From the NCBI GenBank assembly GCA_045114185.1, contig JBGUJY010000074.1:6688-70687 (forward strand): a stretch of DNA of 64,000 nt, in the 5' to 3' direction. Numbering within the stretch: position 1 is the stretch's first letter; each line of letters opens with the position of its first letter. Made by a program: the position numbers and the translations under genes. Below the pieces are notes generated by a model. The model saw only the letters and a program-made list of their open reading frames with translations. It had not been told where the DNA came from and did not search any database. The stretch is from Prevotella sp. (lineage in GTDB: Bacteria > Bacteroidota > Bacteroidia > Bacteroidales > Bacteroidaceae). This document shows, piece by piece, positions 62,299 to 64,000 of the stretch.

Positions 62299-64000
62299 GA
62301 TGGGTTAATGGTTTTAAGAGGTTCTTGGGTGTTAGGGGTTAGAATGGAGCCTGCCAAGGTGACGTGCAGCAGTGTGCTACCATCATCAGCCGACTCTGCC
62401 GTGATGCCACATCCACGAAGATTCGTTGCTTCACCATTGTCGCGTGCTATCTGACGACAGATAAGGAACGGGATGTTCTCTAGCGATGGTACGAATAGAT
62501 CCCGGAATGGTAGGTGTGGCATGCGGATATGGAAGGTTACATACCTCCCATCTTTCTCTGACAGTTCCATGTTGAGCGTTTTCTCTCCACTCAGCTTCTG
62601 GATGATTTCAAAGAGGTAGCGCAGCAGACTCTCATCGCCTGTCAGTCGGGCACCATGGAGTCCCACGGCTTTGCATTCCTGACGAACAGTCTCCATCTGT
62701 CGCATGGCCTGTGCCGAGAGTAACGTATGGAGATCCTTGTAGTAAGACACCAGTTCGTCGATGGCTGACAGATGCGTATCTGTACCATCAATAAGCTGAC
62801 GGATGCGAGAGGGATAATACATGGTTTCATGCTTCAGTGTACTCAGACAGTTGTCCATGACATTGTTACTGATATACAACTTCTGTTGCTCATATTCCGC
62901 ACGGCGCAACTCATCCTCAGAGAGTTCGATGGTGAGGTGCTGCGTTTTGTTGAACGCCACACTGTCCTGCAAGGCATGCTGGATCTGCTCCACCACTGAT
63001 AAGAGATTCTGTGGCCATTTGGAGTTTCCAACGGTCATAATCTTGTTGAGTCGTTCCAGTTTCTCCTCATCATTCTCCTTGCTCAGCAGCATGGAGTTGA
63101 TCTGCCCAACTTGTTCCAGACAGAAACGATAATGGATCAGATGACGGTAATAGAGGAAATAGTAAGCCACGAGGATGAGCAGGAGTAAGAGAATCAGGAG
63201 GACCATGGCTATCGACTTGTTCGACTCCGAGCGTTGCATCACACTGACATACGACTCCAGACGGTCATCAGCCGACTTCTCCTTATACAGTTGCGTATAA
63301 ACCTTATTGTTATATTGGTACAACTGCCAGTCGTGCAAGGCCAAGGCAGCCACCGCGATCTCATTACGAAGGAACACGATCATGTCGTAATCAGCATTCA
63401 GATGACGGTGGAACCAATTGATTTCTGCGGGTTCCGTGGCTGATAGTTCCAATAAGTACAGGAACTGGTCATCATCGGGATACACCTGATGATGGTCGCG
63501 GTTCAAGCGCGTGATAGCACTGTCAGCAAAGATAATGCTCTTTCGGTACTGTCGTTTGATGTTGTTCTGATACACGCTGTCCGTATAAGCCGAAGCCTTC
63601 GTGATATCGGTTGTGTCGGCAAAAGCGGACAATGAGCAAAGACAGAACAATGGTAGCAGGAGGCGCAGGATACCCTTGGGCAGACGGAAGAAGAAACGAC
63701 TACCCTGTCCTTTCTTACTTTCTGCTTCTATGGTACATACCTGGAAGATCTGACTCACCTTGCGGTATTTCTCGATGATGCCCTTGCAGTTCAGTAATCC
63801 GAAGCCATGACCGCCACTGATCTTATGCTTGAAGATGCCATCCAACTCCTCTTCATCCATGCCTTGACCCGTATCGGTGATGGAGATCTCCACGGCATCA
63901 CCTGTATCATGACTCTCGATGGTCACCTCGCCGCCTTCTGACGTGAACTTCCTCGCGTTATCCGCCAAGGTATTGATCATGAACAACGTCATGGTCTTGT
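62295..64000 (-). CDS. Partial sensor histidine kinase, DUF5113-like; 5' end lies outside the window
   Basis: NTLADNARKFT, DTGQGM, GHGFGL, GSRFFFRLP; reading frame open to the window edge. Confidence 0.8.
   Translation of the reverse strand, partial: KTMTLFMINTLADNARKFTSEGGEVTIESHDTGDAVEISITDTGQGMDEEELDGIFKHKISGGHGFGLLNCKGIIEKYRKVSQIFQVCTIEAESKKGQGSRFFFRLPKGILRLLLPLFCLCSLSAFADTTDITKASAYTDSVYQNNIKRQYRKSIIFADSAITRLNRDHHQVYPDDDQFLYLLELSATEPAEINWFHRHLNADYDMIVFLRNEIAVAALALHDWQLYQYNNKVYTQLYKEKSADDRLESYVSVMQRSESNKSIAMVLLILLLLLILVAYYFLYYRHLIHYRFCLEQVGQINSMLLSKENDEEKLERLNKIMTVGNSKWPQNLLSVVEQIQHALQDSVAFNKTQHLTIELSEDELRRAEYEQQKLYISNNVMDNCLSTLKHETMYYPSRIRQLIDGTDTHLSAIDELVSYYKDLHTLLSAQAMRQMETVRQECKAVGLHGARLTGDESLLRYLFEIIQKLSGEKTLNMELSEKDGRYVTFHIRMPHLPFRDLFVPSLENIPFLICRQIARDNGEATNLRGCGITAESADDGSTLLHVTLAGSILTPNTQEPLKTINPS

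Overview
Chromosomal segment of a Bacteroidales bacterium, most likely Prevotella-like. This is inferred from the gene content, the fused lpxC-fabZ, the TAnnTTTG/TTTG promoters and a T9SS-type C-terminal domain. Most of the window is housekeeping: nadE, cdd, an AddAB-like helicase/nuclease pair, uvrA, dnaB, tRNA-Gly(CCC), tRNA-Thr(CGT), phoH-purC-menG-aroE-TPM-lemA-purM-prfA-pyrF, lpxD-lpxC/fabZ-lpxA-miaA, PBP1A, degP, rpoD, iorAB and a partial two-component system. The main accessory region (about 23.5-32.7 kb) is visibly AT-richer and has no integrase. It opens with a ~300-bp nested palindromic DNA element. Then come HIRAN, three small ORFs, two tandem DUF262 (GmrSD-like) genes, a uracil-DNA-glycosylase-superfamily fusion protein and a WYL regulator, which together are the best candidate for an undescribed defence system against modified DNA. 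Other points of interest are an orphan RiPP-like module (HPr-kinase-like, S24/S26 peptidase, PqqD/RRE) behind rpoD, a second RpoD paralogue in a DNA-repair cluster, and a nested hairpin element that supplies the phoH promoter. All family assignments come from reading motifs by eye; no database searches were run.
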